A stretch of 64,000 bases of DNA from Clostridiales bacterium (GTDB lineage: Bacteria; Bacillota; Clostridia; Christensenellales; Aristaeellaceae): positions 83,623-147,622 of the forward strand of contig SFFH01000001.1 in assembly GCA_004557905.1 (NCBI GenBank). The letters are read 5' to 3'. The position numbers were made by a program, and so were the translations under genes. Shown piece by piece: positions 9,638 through 18,564 of the stretch (the stretch's first letter is position 1; every line of letters starts with the position of its first letter). Below the pieces are notes generated by a model. That model was given only the letters and a program-made list of their open reading frames with translations. It was not told the origin of the DNA and did not search any database.

Positions 9638-10015
9638 ATGTTTTCGATTCTGACTTATGGTCTGTCCGTTGCCGTCGTCGGCATGGCGACCGTTTTCTGC
9701 GGCCTGATCATTCTCATCGGCTTCATCAAGGGCATGGAGAAGGTGCTGCCGAAGATCGCCGCCCGCGATTTCAGCTTCAAGAAGGCCGATGCGCCGAAAA
9801 GCGACGCGCCGACCATCGTGATTGAAACCGCCAACGTCGGCGACGACGCGATTGTGGCCGCGATCTCCGCGGCGATCACCACGGTCCTCGAGGAGGAAGT
9901 GAAGGCCGATCCGGCCAAGGCGAAGAGCACCTTCGTCGTTCGCTCCATCCGCCGCATGGGCACCCCGGCGTGGAACCGCGCCGGCCGCGAGGAGCAGGTT
10001 TACTCCCGTCTCTGA
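9638..10015 (+). CDS. OadG-like small membrane subunit of the Na+-translocating decarboxylase
   Basis: Single N-terminal TM helix 'LSVAVVGMATVFCGLIILIGFI' plus its position inside the decarboxylase operon. Confidence 0.7.
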   Translation: MFSILTYGLSVAVVGMATVFCGLIILIGFIKGMEKVLPKIAARDFSFKKADAPKSDAPTIVIETANVGDDAIVAAISAAITTVLEEEVKADPAKAKSTFVVRSIRRMGTPAWNRAGREEQVYSRL

Positions 10016-10101
10016 TCTGAATCCGATAGGATTCCGACAAGCTGTAGCTTCATTTCAAACCAACAAACCAAACGAGAAGATTATTGAGGAGGATATCCAT
10101 T

Positions 10102-10527
10102 ATGCGTAATTTTGTCATTACCGTGAACGGTGCTCAGTATCAGGTTGCTGTTGAAGAAGTTGCTCCGGGCGCTGCCCCGGTCGTCGCCGCTCCGGCGCCC
10201 GCCCCGGCCCCGGCTCCGGTTGCCGCTCCGGCGCCTGTCGCTGCTCCCGCTCCGGCCCCGGCTCCGGCTCCGGCCGCTGCTCCTGCCCCGAAGGCTGCCG
10301 CGCCCGTTGCCGGCGGTCAGAAGGTGAATGCGCCGATGCCGGGCAACATCCTCGACGTGAAGGTTGCCGCCGGCCAGACCGTGAAGCAGGGCGATTGCCT
10401 GGTCATCCTCGAGGCCATGAAGATGGAGAACGAGATCCCGGCGCCGTGCGCGGGCAAGGTCGCTCAGGTCGTCGTCGCCAAGGGCGCGACCGTCAACACC
10501 GGCGACGTGCTGGTCGTGATCGAGTAA
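10102..10527 (+). CDS. Biotin carboxyl carrier protein (1.3S-type)
   Basis: Biotinylation motif '[10 protein letters not shown]' and a long Ala-Pro linker. ATG at 10102 lies 9 nt after GAGGAGG (the track gives a TTG at 10084). Confidence 0.9.
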   Translation: MRNFVITVNGAQYQVAVEEVAPGAAPVVAAPAPAPAPAPVAAPAPVAAPAPAPAPAPAAAPAPKAAAPVAGGQKVNAPMPGNILDVKVAAGQTVKQGDCLVILEAMKMENEIPAPCAGKVAQVVVAKGATVNTGDVLVVIE

Positions 10528-10558
10528 TCAACCGGCTGAAGCAAAGGGGTTATACGCT

Positions 10559-12010
10559 GTGAAAAAGATTCTGAGTGCCCTCGTGCTGGCCTTGTGCTGC
10601 ATGCTCGTCATGCTGCCGGCCTGCGCGGAGGAGAATGCGGTTGCCATCGTGCCGGCCGCTGAAGTCGCCGAGACCCGCGCGTATGCCACGCTGGTCTCCG
10701 ACGCGAATGAACTGATCCCGGTCTACGTTGACGAAGAGGCCGAGGGCGCCATCGGCTCCCTCAAGCAGGCGATGGATGATTTCACCATCGGCGGCACCGT
10801 CTCCGGCATCATCAAGGATTCCGGCATCTACGCGCTGTTCAACGGCTACTGGAAGAACGGCGTCATGATTCTGATTTCCTTTGTGCTACTGTATCTGGCC
10901 ATCGTCAAGCAGTTTGAGCCGCTGCTGCTCATGCCCATCGCGTTCGGCATGCTGATGACCAACCTGCCGCTGGCGGGCATCATGGATGAGCCGATCTACG
11001 AGATCATCTCCAACCCGACCTACCATGGCAAGGCCGGCGTGCCGATCTACAACGGCGAGATGCTGGTGGGCTACCAGTATGTCAAGCAGAACGGCGGCCT
11101 GCTGTACTACCTGTACCAGGGCGTCAAGCTGGGCATCTTCCCGCCGCTCATCTTCATGGGCGTCGGCGCGATGACCGACTTCGCTCCGCTGATCGCCAAC
11201 CCGATCTCCCTGCTGCTGGGCGCTGCCGCGCAGCTGGGCATCTTCGCTGCGTTCCTGGTCGCCCTGCTGCTGGGCTTCTCCCCGGCTGAGGCGGGCGCCA
11301 TCGGCATCATCGGCGGCGCGGACGGCCCGACCGCCATCTACGTCACCACCAAGCTCGCTCCGGGCCTGCTGGGACCGATTGCCATCGCCGCGTATTCCTA
11401 CATGGCCCTCGTTCCGGTCATTCAGCCGCCGATCATGAAGGCGCTGACCAAGCCGGAGGATCGCAAGATCATGATGGGTCAGCTGCGCCCGGTTTCCAAG
11501 ACCGAGAAGATCATCTTCCCGATCGCCGTGGCCACGATCGTCTCCCTGATGCTCCCGAGCGCCGCGCCGCTGGTCGGCTCCCTGATGCTGGGCAACCTGT
11601 TCAAGGAGTCCGGTGTAGCGGATCGTCTGGCGAAGACCGCGCAGAATGAGCTGATGAACATCGTCACCATCTTCCTGGGCTTCACCGTCGGCGCGACCGC
11701 GAAGGCGGATACCTTCCTGCAGGTGGAGACCATCAAGATCATCGTGCTGGGCGTCGCGGCCTTTGGCGGCGGCACTGCGGGCGGCGTGCTGCTGGGCAAC
11801 CTGCTGTGCAGGATGACCCACGGCAAGATCAACCCGCTGATCGGCTCTGCCGGCGTCTCCGCCGTCCCGATGGCGGCCCGCGTCTCCCAGAAGGTCGGCC
11901 AGCAGGAGAACCCGGCCAACTTCCTGCTCATGCACGCCATGGGCCCGAACGTCGCCGGCGTCATCGGTTCCGCTGTTGCGGCCGGCGTGTTCATCTCCAT
12001 GTTCGGCTAA
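10559..12010 (+). CDS. Na+-translocating decarboxylase beta subunit (OadB/MmdB/GcdB family) with an N-terminal extension
   Basis: 'AIVKQFEPLLLMPIAFGML' and the polytopic core match OadB. An extra signal-like stretch of about 90 aa precedes the core. Confidence 0.9.
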   Translation: MKKILSALVLALCCMLVMLPACAEENAVAIVPAAEVAETRAYATLVSDANELIPVYVDEEAEGAIGSLKQAMDDFTIGGTVSGIIKDSGIYALFNGYWKNGVMILISFVLLYLAIVKQFEPLLLMPIAFGMLMTNLPLAGIMDEPIYEIISNPTYHGKAGVPIYNGEMLVGYQYVKQNGGLLYYLYQGVKLGIFPPLIFMGVGAMTDFAPLIANPISLLLGAAAQLGIFAAFLVALLLGFSPAEAGAIGIIGGADGPTAIYVTTKLAPGLLGPIAIAAYSYMALVPVIQPPIMKALTKPEDRKIMMGQLRPVSKTEKIIFPIAVATIVSLMLPSAAPLVGSLMLGNLFKESGVADRLAKTAQNELMNIVTIFLGFTVGATAKADTFLQVETIKIIVLGVAAFGGGTAGGVLLGNLLCRMTHGKINPLIGSAGVSAVPMAARVSQKVGQQENPANFLLMHAMGPNVAGVIGSAVAAGVFISMFG

Positions 12011-12097
12011 GATCATGCTTTGCGCTTTCCCTGCCGGTCAGGCCGGCAGGGGAGCGATCCCGCCGGAGCGGCGGAGTAAAAAAGGAGGAAATGAGAC

Positions 12098-13495
12098 ATG
12101 GGCAAGGTGCTTATCACCGATACCATTTTGCGCGACGCGCATCAGTCTCAGGCTGCGACCCGCATGCGCCTGGACGAGATGCTGCCGGTCGCTGAAAAGC
12201 TCGACAAGATCGGCTACTACTCTCTGGAGTGCTGGGGCGGCGCGACGTTTGACAGCTGCCTGCGCTTCCTGAACGAAGATCCGTGGGAGCGTCTGCGTGC
12301 GCTCCGCAAAGCGATGCCCAACACGAAGCTGCAGATGCTCTTCCGCGGCCAGAACATCCTGGGCTACAAGCACTACGCGGACGACGTGGTGGATGCGTTC
12401 GTCAAGAAGGCGATCGAGAACGGCATTGACATTATCCGTATCTTTGACGCACTGAACGACATGCGCAACCTCGAGCAGGCGGTCAAGTCCACCAAGAAGT
12501 ACGGCGGCATTTGCGAGATCGCCATCAGCTACACCATCAGCCCGGTGCACACCGAGGAGTATTTCGTGAAGCTGGCCAAGGAGATCGAGCAGATGGGCGC
12601 GGACTCCATCTGCATCAAGGACATGGCGAACCTGCTGCTTCCGTACGACGCGTACAGCCTCGTCAAGAAGCTGAAGGCCAACACCAAGCTCCCGATCCAC
12701 CTGCACACCCACAACACCGCCGGCACCGGCGCGATGACCATCCTCAAGGCCATCGAGGCGGGCTGCGACATCGTGGATACCGCGCTCTCCCCGCTGGCCG
12801 AGGGCACCTCTCAGCCGGCGACCGAGTCCCTGTGCGCGACCCTGAAGGGCACCGAGTACGATCCGGGCCTGGATATGGACCTGATGAGCGATTGTGCCGT
12901 GCACTTCCGTAAGGTCGCCGACCGTCTGAGCAAGGACGGCTGGCGCGACACCGCGAAGGTGCTGAGCGTCGACGCCAACACCCTGAAGTATCAGGTGCCG
13001 GGCGGCATGCTCTCCAACATGATCGGCCAGCTCAAGCAGTTCAACGCCATGGATAAGTACTACGACGTTCTGGCGGAGATTCCGCGCGTCCGCAAGGACT
13101 TCGGCTATCCGCCGCTGGTCACGCCGACCTCCCAGATCGTCGGCACCCAGGCGGTCATGAACGTGCTGTTCGGCCGCTACAAGACCTTCCCGAACGAGTC
13201 CAAGGGTCTGCTGCGCGGCGAATACGGCCGTCTGCCGGCTGAGGTGAACGAGGAGGTCCGCAGGATGGCCATCGGCAACGACGAGGTCATCACCTGCCGT
13301 CCGGCCGACCGTCTTAAGCCGGAGATGGATAAGTACCGCGAGGAGATCCGCGAGTACTACACCCAGGAGGAGGACGTCCTGTCCTATGCGCTCTTCCCGA
13401 AGGTAGCGCCGAAGTTCTTCCAGTACCGTCAGGCGCAGCAGCTGAAGATCGACAATACCATGCTCAACGCCGAGAACAAGACCATGCCGGTGTAA
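12098..13495 (+). CDS. Oxaloacetate decarboxylase alpha / pyruvate carboxyltransferase (5S-type) without its own biotin domain
   Basis: 'ITDTILRDAHQSQAATRMR..' TIM-barrel carboxyltransferase signature, plus 'HLHTHNTAGTG'. There is no AMKM motif at the C-terminus. Confidence 0.9.
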   Translation: MGKVLITDTILRDAHQSQAATRMRLDEMLPVAEKLDKIGYYSLECWGGATFDSCLRFLNEDPWERLRALRKAMPNTKLQMLFRGQNILGYKHYADDVVDAFVKKAIENGIDIIRIFDALNDMRNLEQAVKSTKKYGGICEIAISYTISPVHTEEYFVKLAKEIEQMGADSICIKDMANLLLPYDAYSLVKKLKANTKLPIHLHTHNTAGTGAMTILKAIEAGCDIVDTALSPLAEGTSQPATESLCATLKGTEYDPGLDMDLMSDCAVHFRKVADRLSKDGWRDTAKVLSVDANTLKYQVPGGMLSNMIGQLKQFNAMDKYYDVLAEIPRVRKDFGYPPLVTPTSQIVGTQAVMNVLFGRYKTFPNESKGLLRGEYGRLPAEVNEEVRRMAIGNDEVITCRPADRLKPEMDKYREEIREYYTQEEDVLSYALFPKVAPKFFQYRQAQQLKIDNTMLNAENKTMPV

Positions 13496-13505
13496 TCCGG
13501 AATCA

Positions 13506-13533
13506 GGGAGCTGCCTTCGGGCAGCCCCTTTTT
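13506..13533 (+). terminator. Rho-independent terminator of the decarboxylase operon
   Basis: gggagctgcc-ttcg-ggcagcccc followed by ttttt. Confidence 0.8.
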
Positions 13534-13535
13534 GA

Positions 13536-13584
13536 TAGAAAAAGACCGATCGTCGGAGTATTTCGGTTCCGATGATCGGTCTTT
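13536..13584 (-). terminator. Stem-loop with a T-run on the minus strand
   Basis: 11-bp stem aaagaccgatc/gatcggtcttt. On the minus strand it is followed by ttttt. Confidence 0.5.
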
Positions 13585-13619
13585 GTGTTGATGCAGATAC
13601 TCAATTCATAGCGTTGACG

Positions 13620-13777
13620 GAATCGCAATAGTCGCCTTCGGCTCCGCTGCGATTCTTGCTGAATGCGCTTCGCGTATGAGGATACGTTGGGGCCGCGGGC
13701 CCCAAGCCCCGCCTGGGGACGCAGTCCCCAGACCCCTTCTTCGCTTCGCGCGGTGATAAGCATCTGATGCGGAAGAA
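13620..13777. repeat. GC-rich structured intergenic element (string of short perfect hairpins)
   Basis: Hairpins gaatcgca..tgcgattc, ttggggcc-gc-gggccccaa and ctgggga-cgcag-tccccag. It is flanked by the direct repeat gcttcgcg. Confidence 0.4.
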
Positions 13778-14422
13778 TTATTCCTCATCCGGCCACGGGT
13801 AGTACAGCTCATCGTCGGGCAGAATCTCGGCGGTGCCGTCGGTGATGCGCGTGATCTCGGCGAGCAGGTGTTCCGCGTCCCGCACGCGCACCATCAGCGT
13901 GCATACGACGCTTGCGCCGAACTCGTTGTGCTCGACGATCACGGGCGCCGAGCGCAGAAAGTATTCCAGCCGCTGCCAGGTGGAGTAATCGACCTCCACC
14001 AGGTAGCGCACGCTTTTCTCCATCACGACCACGCCGGCTGCGTCCAGCGCCGTCTTGCTGCCCTGCGCGTAGGCGCGCACCAGACCGCCCGCGCCCAGCA
14101 GAATGCCGCCGAAGTAGCGCGTGACGACCACGGCGCAGTTGACCACGCCGCGCGCCTTCATCACCTCGATGATCGGCATGCCGGCGGTGCCGCCGGGCTC
14201 GCCGTCGTCGCTGTAGCGCATGATGCCCGAATTCAGGCCAATGATGTAGGCGTAGCAGTTGTGGGTCGCGTCCTTGTGCTTCTGACGGATGCGCGCAAGG
14301 AAGGCGAGCGCATCCTGCTCGGTCTGGCAGGGGCAGCCATAGCCGATGAAGCGGGACTTATTGATGATAAACTCCGCGGAATTCTCCGCCCGCAGGGTTT
14401 TATACGAGAGCTGATCGGCCAT
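13778..14422 (-). CDS. yigZ: YigZ/IMPACT-family protein
   Basis: 'NKSRFIGYG..ATHNCYAY..DDGEPGGTAGMPI' motifs. Confidence 0.85.
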   Translation of the reverse strand: MADQLSYKTLRAENSAEFIINKSRFIGYGCPCQTEQDALAFLARIRQKHKDATHNCYAYIIGLNSGIMRYSDDGEPGGTAGMPIIEVMKARGVVNCAVVVTRYFGGILLGAGGLVRAYAQGSKTALDAAGVVVMEKSVRYLVEVDYSTWQRLEYFLRSAPVIVEHNEFGASVVCTLMVRVRDAEHLLAEITRITDGTAEILPDDELYYPWPDEE

Positions 14423-14515
14423 GGCTGCTTGATTCCTTTGACAGATGATCGTGCCCGGTCAACCGGGCCGAGGGAAGCACAATCCTGCGTCGGAAAGGCC
14501 CCGGCGGCACGCCGG

Positions 14516-15748
14516 TTACTTGAGCGTGAAGCGGTGGAACTTCTTCTTGCCGGAGCGCAGCATCAGGCCGTCGCCCGTGAACATATCCTCGGTCACGACC
14601 GCGTTCACGTCGGCGACCTTCTCGTCGTTCACAGCCACGCCGCCGCCCTGGATCAGACGGCGTGCAGCGGAATTGGACGGAGCGATCTTGCTCATGGCCA
14701 GCAGCGTGGTCACGCGCGCGTCCTTGGCGAGATCCTCACGGGTGAGCTCGGTCGTCGGGATGGAGCCGCCCATGCCCGCGCCGCCGAACAGCGCCGCAGC
14801 GGCTTCCTGCGCCTTGGCGGCCTCCTCCTCGCCGTGCACCAGCTTGGTGACCTCGTAGGCGAGCACCTTCTTGGCCTCGTTGATCTCGCTGCCCTCGAGC
14901 GCGCCCAGACGGCGAACCTCGTCCATCGGCAGGAAGGTCAAAAGGCCCAGGCACTTCTCGACGTCCTTGTCGTCGATGTTGCGCCAGTACTGGTAGAAGT
15001 CGTACGGGGAGGTCTTTTCGGCGTCCAGCCACAGCGCGCCCTTCTCGGTCTTGCCCATCTTGCGGCCGTCGTGGGTGAGCAGCAGCTGGAAGGTGCAGGC
15101 GTAGGCGCTGGTCTGCTCCTTGCGGCGGATGAGGTCCGCGCCGCCGAGCATGTTGCTCCACTGGTCGTTGCCACCCATCTGCAGGCGGCAGCCGTAGCGA
15201 TGATAGAGCTCCAGAAAGTCGTAGCTCTGCATGAGCATGTAGGTGAACTCCAGGAAGGACAGACCGTTCTCCGTCGCCATGCGGGCCTTGTAGCACTCGG
15301 CGGTCAGCATCTTGTTGACGGAGAAGGTGGAGCCGATGTCGCGCATGAAGTCGATGAAGTTGAGGTGACGGAGCCAGTCGCCGTTGTTGGCGATGATGGC
15401 CTTGCCCTCACTGAAGTCGAGGAAGCGGCTCATCTGCTGCTTGATGTGGGCGACGTTGTTGTCGATGGTCTCGACGGTCATCATCTTGCGCATGTCGGTC
15501 TTGCCGGACGGATCGCCGATCATCGCGGTGCCGCCGCCCATCAGGGCAATCGGCTTGTGGCCGGCGCGCTGCATGTGTGCCATCGCCATGATCGGGATGT
15601 AGTGGCCGATGTGCAGGGAATCGGCGGTCGGGTCGAAGCCAACATAGAAGGTAGTCGGCTGCTCGAGCTGCTTGTAGAGGTCCTCCTCGTAGGTGACCTG
15701 CGCGATGAAGCCGCGCTCCTTGAGGACGTCGAGAATGTGCTGTGCCAT
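14516..15748 (-). CDS. tyrS: Tyrosine--tRNA ligase
   Basis: HIGH motif 'LHIGHY', KMSKS-type 'KMGKTEKG' and a C-terminal S4-like domain. A Tyr T-box lies upstream. Confidence 0.95.
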   Translation of the reverse strand: MAQHILDVLKERGFIAQVTYEEDLYKQLEQPTTFYVGFDPTADSLHIGHYIPIMAMAHMQRAGHKPIALMGGGTAMIGDPSGKTDMRKMMTVETIDNNVAHIKQQMSRFLDFSEGKAIIANNGDWLRHLNFIDFMRDIGSTFSVNKMLTAECYKARMATENGLSFLEFTYMLMQSYDFLELYHRYGCRLQMGGNDQWSNMLGGADLIRRKEQTSAYACTFQLLLTHDGRKMGKTEKGALWLDAEKTSPYDFYQYWRNIDDKDVEKCLGLLTFLPMDEVRRLGALEGSEINEAKKVLAYEVTKLVHGEEEAAKAQEAAAALFGGAGMGGSIPTTELTREDLAKDARVTTLLAMSKIAPSNSAARRLIQGGGVAVNDEKVADVNAVVTEDMFTGDGLMLRSGKKKFHRFTLK

Positions 15749-15782
15749 GGGGATTCCTCCTGTCTGGTTTGTTGGCGGGAAG

Positions 15783-16058
15783 ACAGAAAAAAGCCTTCCC
15801 TAAATAAAGTAGGGAAGGCGTGAAATACGCGGTACCACTTCCGTTTAAGGCCGCCTTGCGGCAGACCTCCTCACCGCCCGCTGACACGGGCTCTGCGCTG
15901 TATCCGGCGCGCCGGCGGCTGCCTACTGAAAGCGGAGCGCTTGGTTCGGGGCCGAGCTCCGGGATGTATTCCGCGTGCCCGCTGATGCCGCCTCGCACCG
16001 GCCGACGGCTCTCTTTCATCAGGGGAGGGCAGCGTACTTGTTCCCATCAACGCTACTG
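15783..16058 (-). promoter_or_regulatory. T-box riboswitch leader, Tyr specifier
   Basis: On the minus strand: a specifier-loop-like GAA-UAC-A (UAC at 15968-15966), T-box sequence AGTGGTACCGCG (15839-15828), and a terminator gccttccct/agggaaggc followed by a U-run (15819-15787). Confidence 0.85.
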
Positions 16059-16063
16059 GCGAT

Positions 16064-16092
16064 ATTATATGATGGGATTGCGCGAAAGTCAA
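16064..16092 (-). promoter_or_regulatory. Sigma-A promoter of the tyrS leader
   Basis: On the minus strand: TTGACT (16092-16087), 17 nt, TATAAT (16069-16064). Confidence 0.7.
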
Positions 16093-16982
16093 GGCTTTTT
16101 CGCGTCGCGGGTGGCGAAGGTATCCACGACCATCGACAGCACGATGAGGATGCCGCCCGCAAGCTGCATGCCCGTGAGCTGCTCGCCCAGCAGCAGTGCG
16201 CCCGCCACACAGGCGGTGATGGGGTTGAGGTTGATGGACAGGGACACGGTGAGGGAATCGACCACGCGCATGGCGAGGTTGTAGAGCACATAGCACAGCG
16301 CGGAGCAGACGGCCGCCAGCAGAACAATGCACAGCCAGGCGACAGGCGAGACGCAAACCCACTGGCCGCGCTCCGCCAGCGCGAACGGCGCGAGCGTGAC
16401 GACGGCGGCGAGCGCCTGCCAGGTGGACACGCGCAGGGAGCTGCACGATTCAAGGAGCTTCGGCGTCGTCAGGATGTAGCCCGTCCAGCACAGGCTTGCG
16501 CCGACCATGAGCAGATTGCCGGTCAGTGAGCTGCCGCCCACCTCGCTTCCGGTGACGATGACCAGGTACGCGCCCACGAGCGACAGCACGACGGCCATCC
16601 AGCGCGTGAGCGATATGCGCTCCCGGCAGAAGCAGACGCGGAAGAGCAGCGTCATCATCGGCACGAGCGAGACGATCAGCGAGGCGGCGGAGGCCGTGGT
16701 GCGCTGCAGACCGGAATGCTCAAAGAAGAAGTACACCGTGATGCCCAGCAGCGTGGTGGCAAACGCGCGCGGCACCCACTCATACAGGCGCACGCCGTGC
16801 TCGAGCTTCAGGCACAGGGGCAGCATCAGGCCGGCAGTGATCAGGTAGCGCAGGAAGGCGAGCGTCATCGGCGGCATGCCCTCGGAGAGCGCGGTCTTGG
16901 AGAAGATAAAGGACAGGCCCCACATCACGTTGACGAACACGAGCATGGCCATGCCCCGCGCTTTTTGTGTGCTTTTGTGCAA
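16089..16982 (-). CDS. DMT-superfamily (EamA-like) transporter
   Basis: Ten-helix hydrophobic profile with two EamA-like halves. TTG start 7 nt after AAAGGAGG. Confidence 0.8.
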   Translation of the reverse strand: MHKSTQKARGMAMLVFVNVMWGLSFIFSKTALSEGMPPMTLAFLRYLITAGLMLPLCLKLEHGVRLYEWVPRAFATTLLGITVYFFFEHSGLQRTTASAASLIVSLVPMMTLLFRVCFCRERISLTRWMAVVLSLVGAYLVIVTGSEVGGSSLTGNLLMVGASLCWTGYILTTPKLLESCSSLRVSTWQALAAVVTLAPFALAERGQWVCVSPVAWLCIVLLAAVCSALCYVLYNLAMRVVDSLTVSLSINLNPITACVAGALLLGEQLTGMQLAGGILIVLSMVVDTFATRDAKKP

Positions 16983-17105
16983 GAGAATTCCTCCTTTGCA
17001 GAATACTGCTATGATAAATCAGCGGGCGGGCAATGTCAAGCGCCTTGCAGGCGGATGCGTTTTGCGGTACAATGGGGATGAACATCACAAGAAGGAAGAA
17101 CGCCT

Positions 17106-17624
17106 ATGATTCATATCGTATTGGTTGAGCCGGAGATTCCGCAGAACACGGGCAACATCGCCCGCACCTGCGCGGCTACGGGGAGCGAGCTGCACCTGGT
17201 GGAGCCGCTGGGCTTTAAGCTCGAGGACAAGTATTTGAAGCGCGCGGGACTGGATTACTGGCCGATGGTGAAGGTGCACGTGCACAGGGACTTTGCCGAC
17301 GTGCTCGCGCGCTATCCGGACGCGGCATTTTATTACGCCAGCACGAAGGCGCCGCGCAGCTATGCGCAGGTGCAGTATCCCAAGGATGTGTTCCTGGTCT
17401 TTGGCAGGGAATCGCGCGGCTTGCCGGAGAACCTGCTGGAGCGCGTGTACGACCGCTGCATCCGCATCCCGATGGTGGAAAGCGCGCGCAGCCTGAACCT
17501 GTCCAACTCCGTGGCGATCGTCACCTACGAGGCGCTCAGACAGCACGGCTTTGAGCACCTGCTCGATCACGGCGCGCTTACCGGCCGCGAGGAAGCGCCC
17601 GGCGCGTGGATGGATTATCTGTAA
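17106..17624 (+). CDS. trmL: tRNA (cytidine/uridine34-2'-O)-methyltransferase TrmL (SpoU family)
   Basis: 'IHIVLVEPEIPQNTGNIARTCAATG..LHLVEPLGF' and 'SLNLSNSVAIV'. Confidence 0.9.
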   Translation: MIHIVLVEPEIPQNTGNIARTCAATGSELHLVEPLGFKLEDKYLKRAGLDYWPMVKVHVHRDFADVLARYPDAAFYYASTKAPRSYAQVQYPKDVFLVFGRESRGLPENLLERVYDRCIRIPMVESARSLNLSNSVAIVTYEALRQHGFEHLLDHGALTGREEAPGAWMDYL

Positions 17625-17686
17625 GGGTTGACACCGCGTCGCCTCATGGGGTACAATGAAGCAAAACCGGGAAAGGACGTGGCCGC

Positions 17687-17902
17687 GTGAAAAAGAAGAA
17701 AAAGAGCCAGATTGGCTATCGCGTGGCCGCGGGCGTCATGGATGTGTTCGGCGTGGCGGCGGCGTCGCTGGCCATCGTCGTGCTGATGCTGATGCTGGGC
17801 AGCCTGTTTGGCTGGCTGCGGCAGGATCTGGCCATGACCTTCGCTGATCTCACCGACAATATCACGGATGCTGTGATCATCACAGACGGCACGAAAAAAT
17901 GA
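17687..17902 (+). CDS. Small membrane protein (hypothetical)
   Basis: Lys-rich N-terminus followed by one TM helix. GTG start. No homology recognised. Confidence 0.4.
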   Translation: MKKKKKSQIGYRVAAGVMDVFGVAAASLAIVVLMLMLGSLFGWLRQDLAMTFADLTDNITDAVIITDGTKK

Positions 17903-17962
17903 TGCAGCTTCGCTTGATCCGGGCGAAGCTCTTGTTCTCATATGGAGAAGGGGGATGGCTGC

Positions 17963-18538
17963 ATGAACACATCCTGGCCGACGCTGTCGCAGGAGGTCTT
18001 CTCCTGCGAAAAATGCAGGCTCTGCCAGACGCGGCAGAACGTCGTGCTGGGCGAGGGCGATCTGCATGCGGCGCTCATGTTCATTGGCGAGGGCCCGGGC
18101 GCGCAGGAGGATGCGACGGGCCGTCCGTTTGTGGGTGCGGCCGGACAGCTGCTGGACAGGATGCTAGCCGCCATCGGCATGACGCGCGAGCAGGTGTACA
18201 TCTGCAACATCGTCAAGTGCCGTCCGCCGCAGAACCGCGTGCCGGAGCCGGACGAGCGCAGCGCCTGCATGCCCTATCTTCGTCAGCAGGTGGCGCTGGT
18301 GCGCCCGAAGATCATCGTGTGCCTGGGCTCCACGCCCACGCGCGCGCTGCTGGGCGATCAGATGCGCATCACGCGGGACCGGGGCGTGTGGCAGCTGAAG
18401 AAGGGCGTGTGGTTCATGCCGACGTATCACCCGGCGGCGCTGCTGCGCGATCTGGACAAAAAGCGCCCGGCCTGGGAGGATTTCAAGGCGATTCGGGATA
18501 AACTGATCGAGCTGGGCGTATACGAGCGCACGGTATAA
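17963..18538 (+). CDS. Uracil-DNA glycosylase, family 4 (Fe-S type)
   Basis: 'CEKCRLC', 'GEGPGAQEDATGRPFVGAAGQLL', 'VKCRPPQNR', 'HPAALLR'. ATG at 17963 follows GAAGGGGGA (the track start is 17942). Confidence 0.85.
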   Translation: MNTSWPTLSQEVFSCEKCRLCQTRQNVVLGEGDLHAALMFIGEGPGAQEDATGRPFVGAAGQLLDRMLAAIGMTREQVYICNIVKCRPPQNRVPEPDERSACMPYLRQQVALVRPKIIVCLGSTPTRALLGDQMRITRDRGVWQLKKGVWFMPTYHPAALLRDLDKKRPAWEDFKAIRDKLIELGVYERTV

Positions 18539-18564
18539 GAAGAAGTCGGAGAGGAAAAGGCGGC

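Noticed and set aside
10130-10327. 65-aa Leu/Arg/Pro-rich ORF
   Set aside because: It is an alternative frame of the Ala-Pro linker of the biotin carrier protein.
13503-13812. Small minus-strand ORFs (86 and 68 aa) in the yigZ-downstream gap
   Set aside because: They run through terminator hairpins and palindromes, have no RBS, and overlap the yigZ stop. They are more likely products of the structured repeat.
13868-15823. 651-aa plus-strand ORF
   Set aside because: It is antisense to yigZ and tyrS, which have clear family motifs. Its composition is the low-complexity A/G/R/H/V-rich type typical of GC-rich shadow ORFs.
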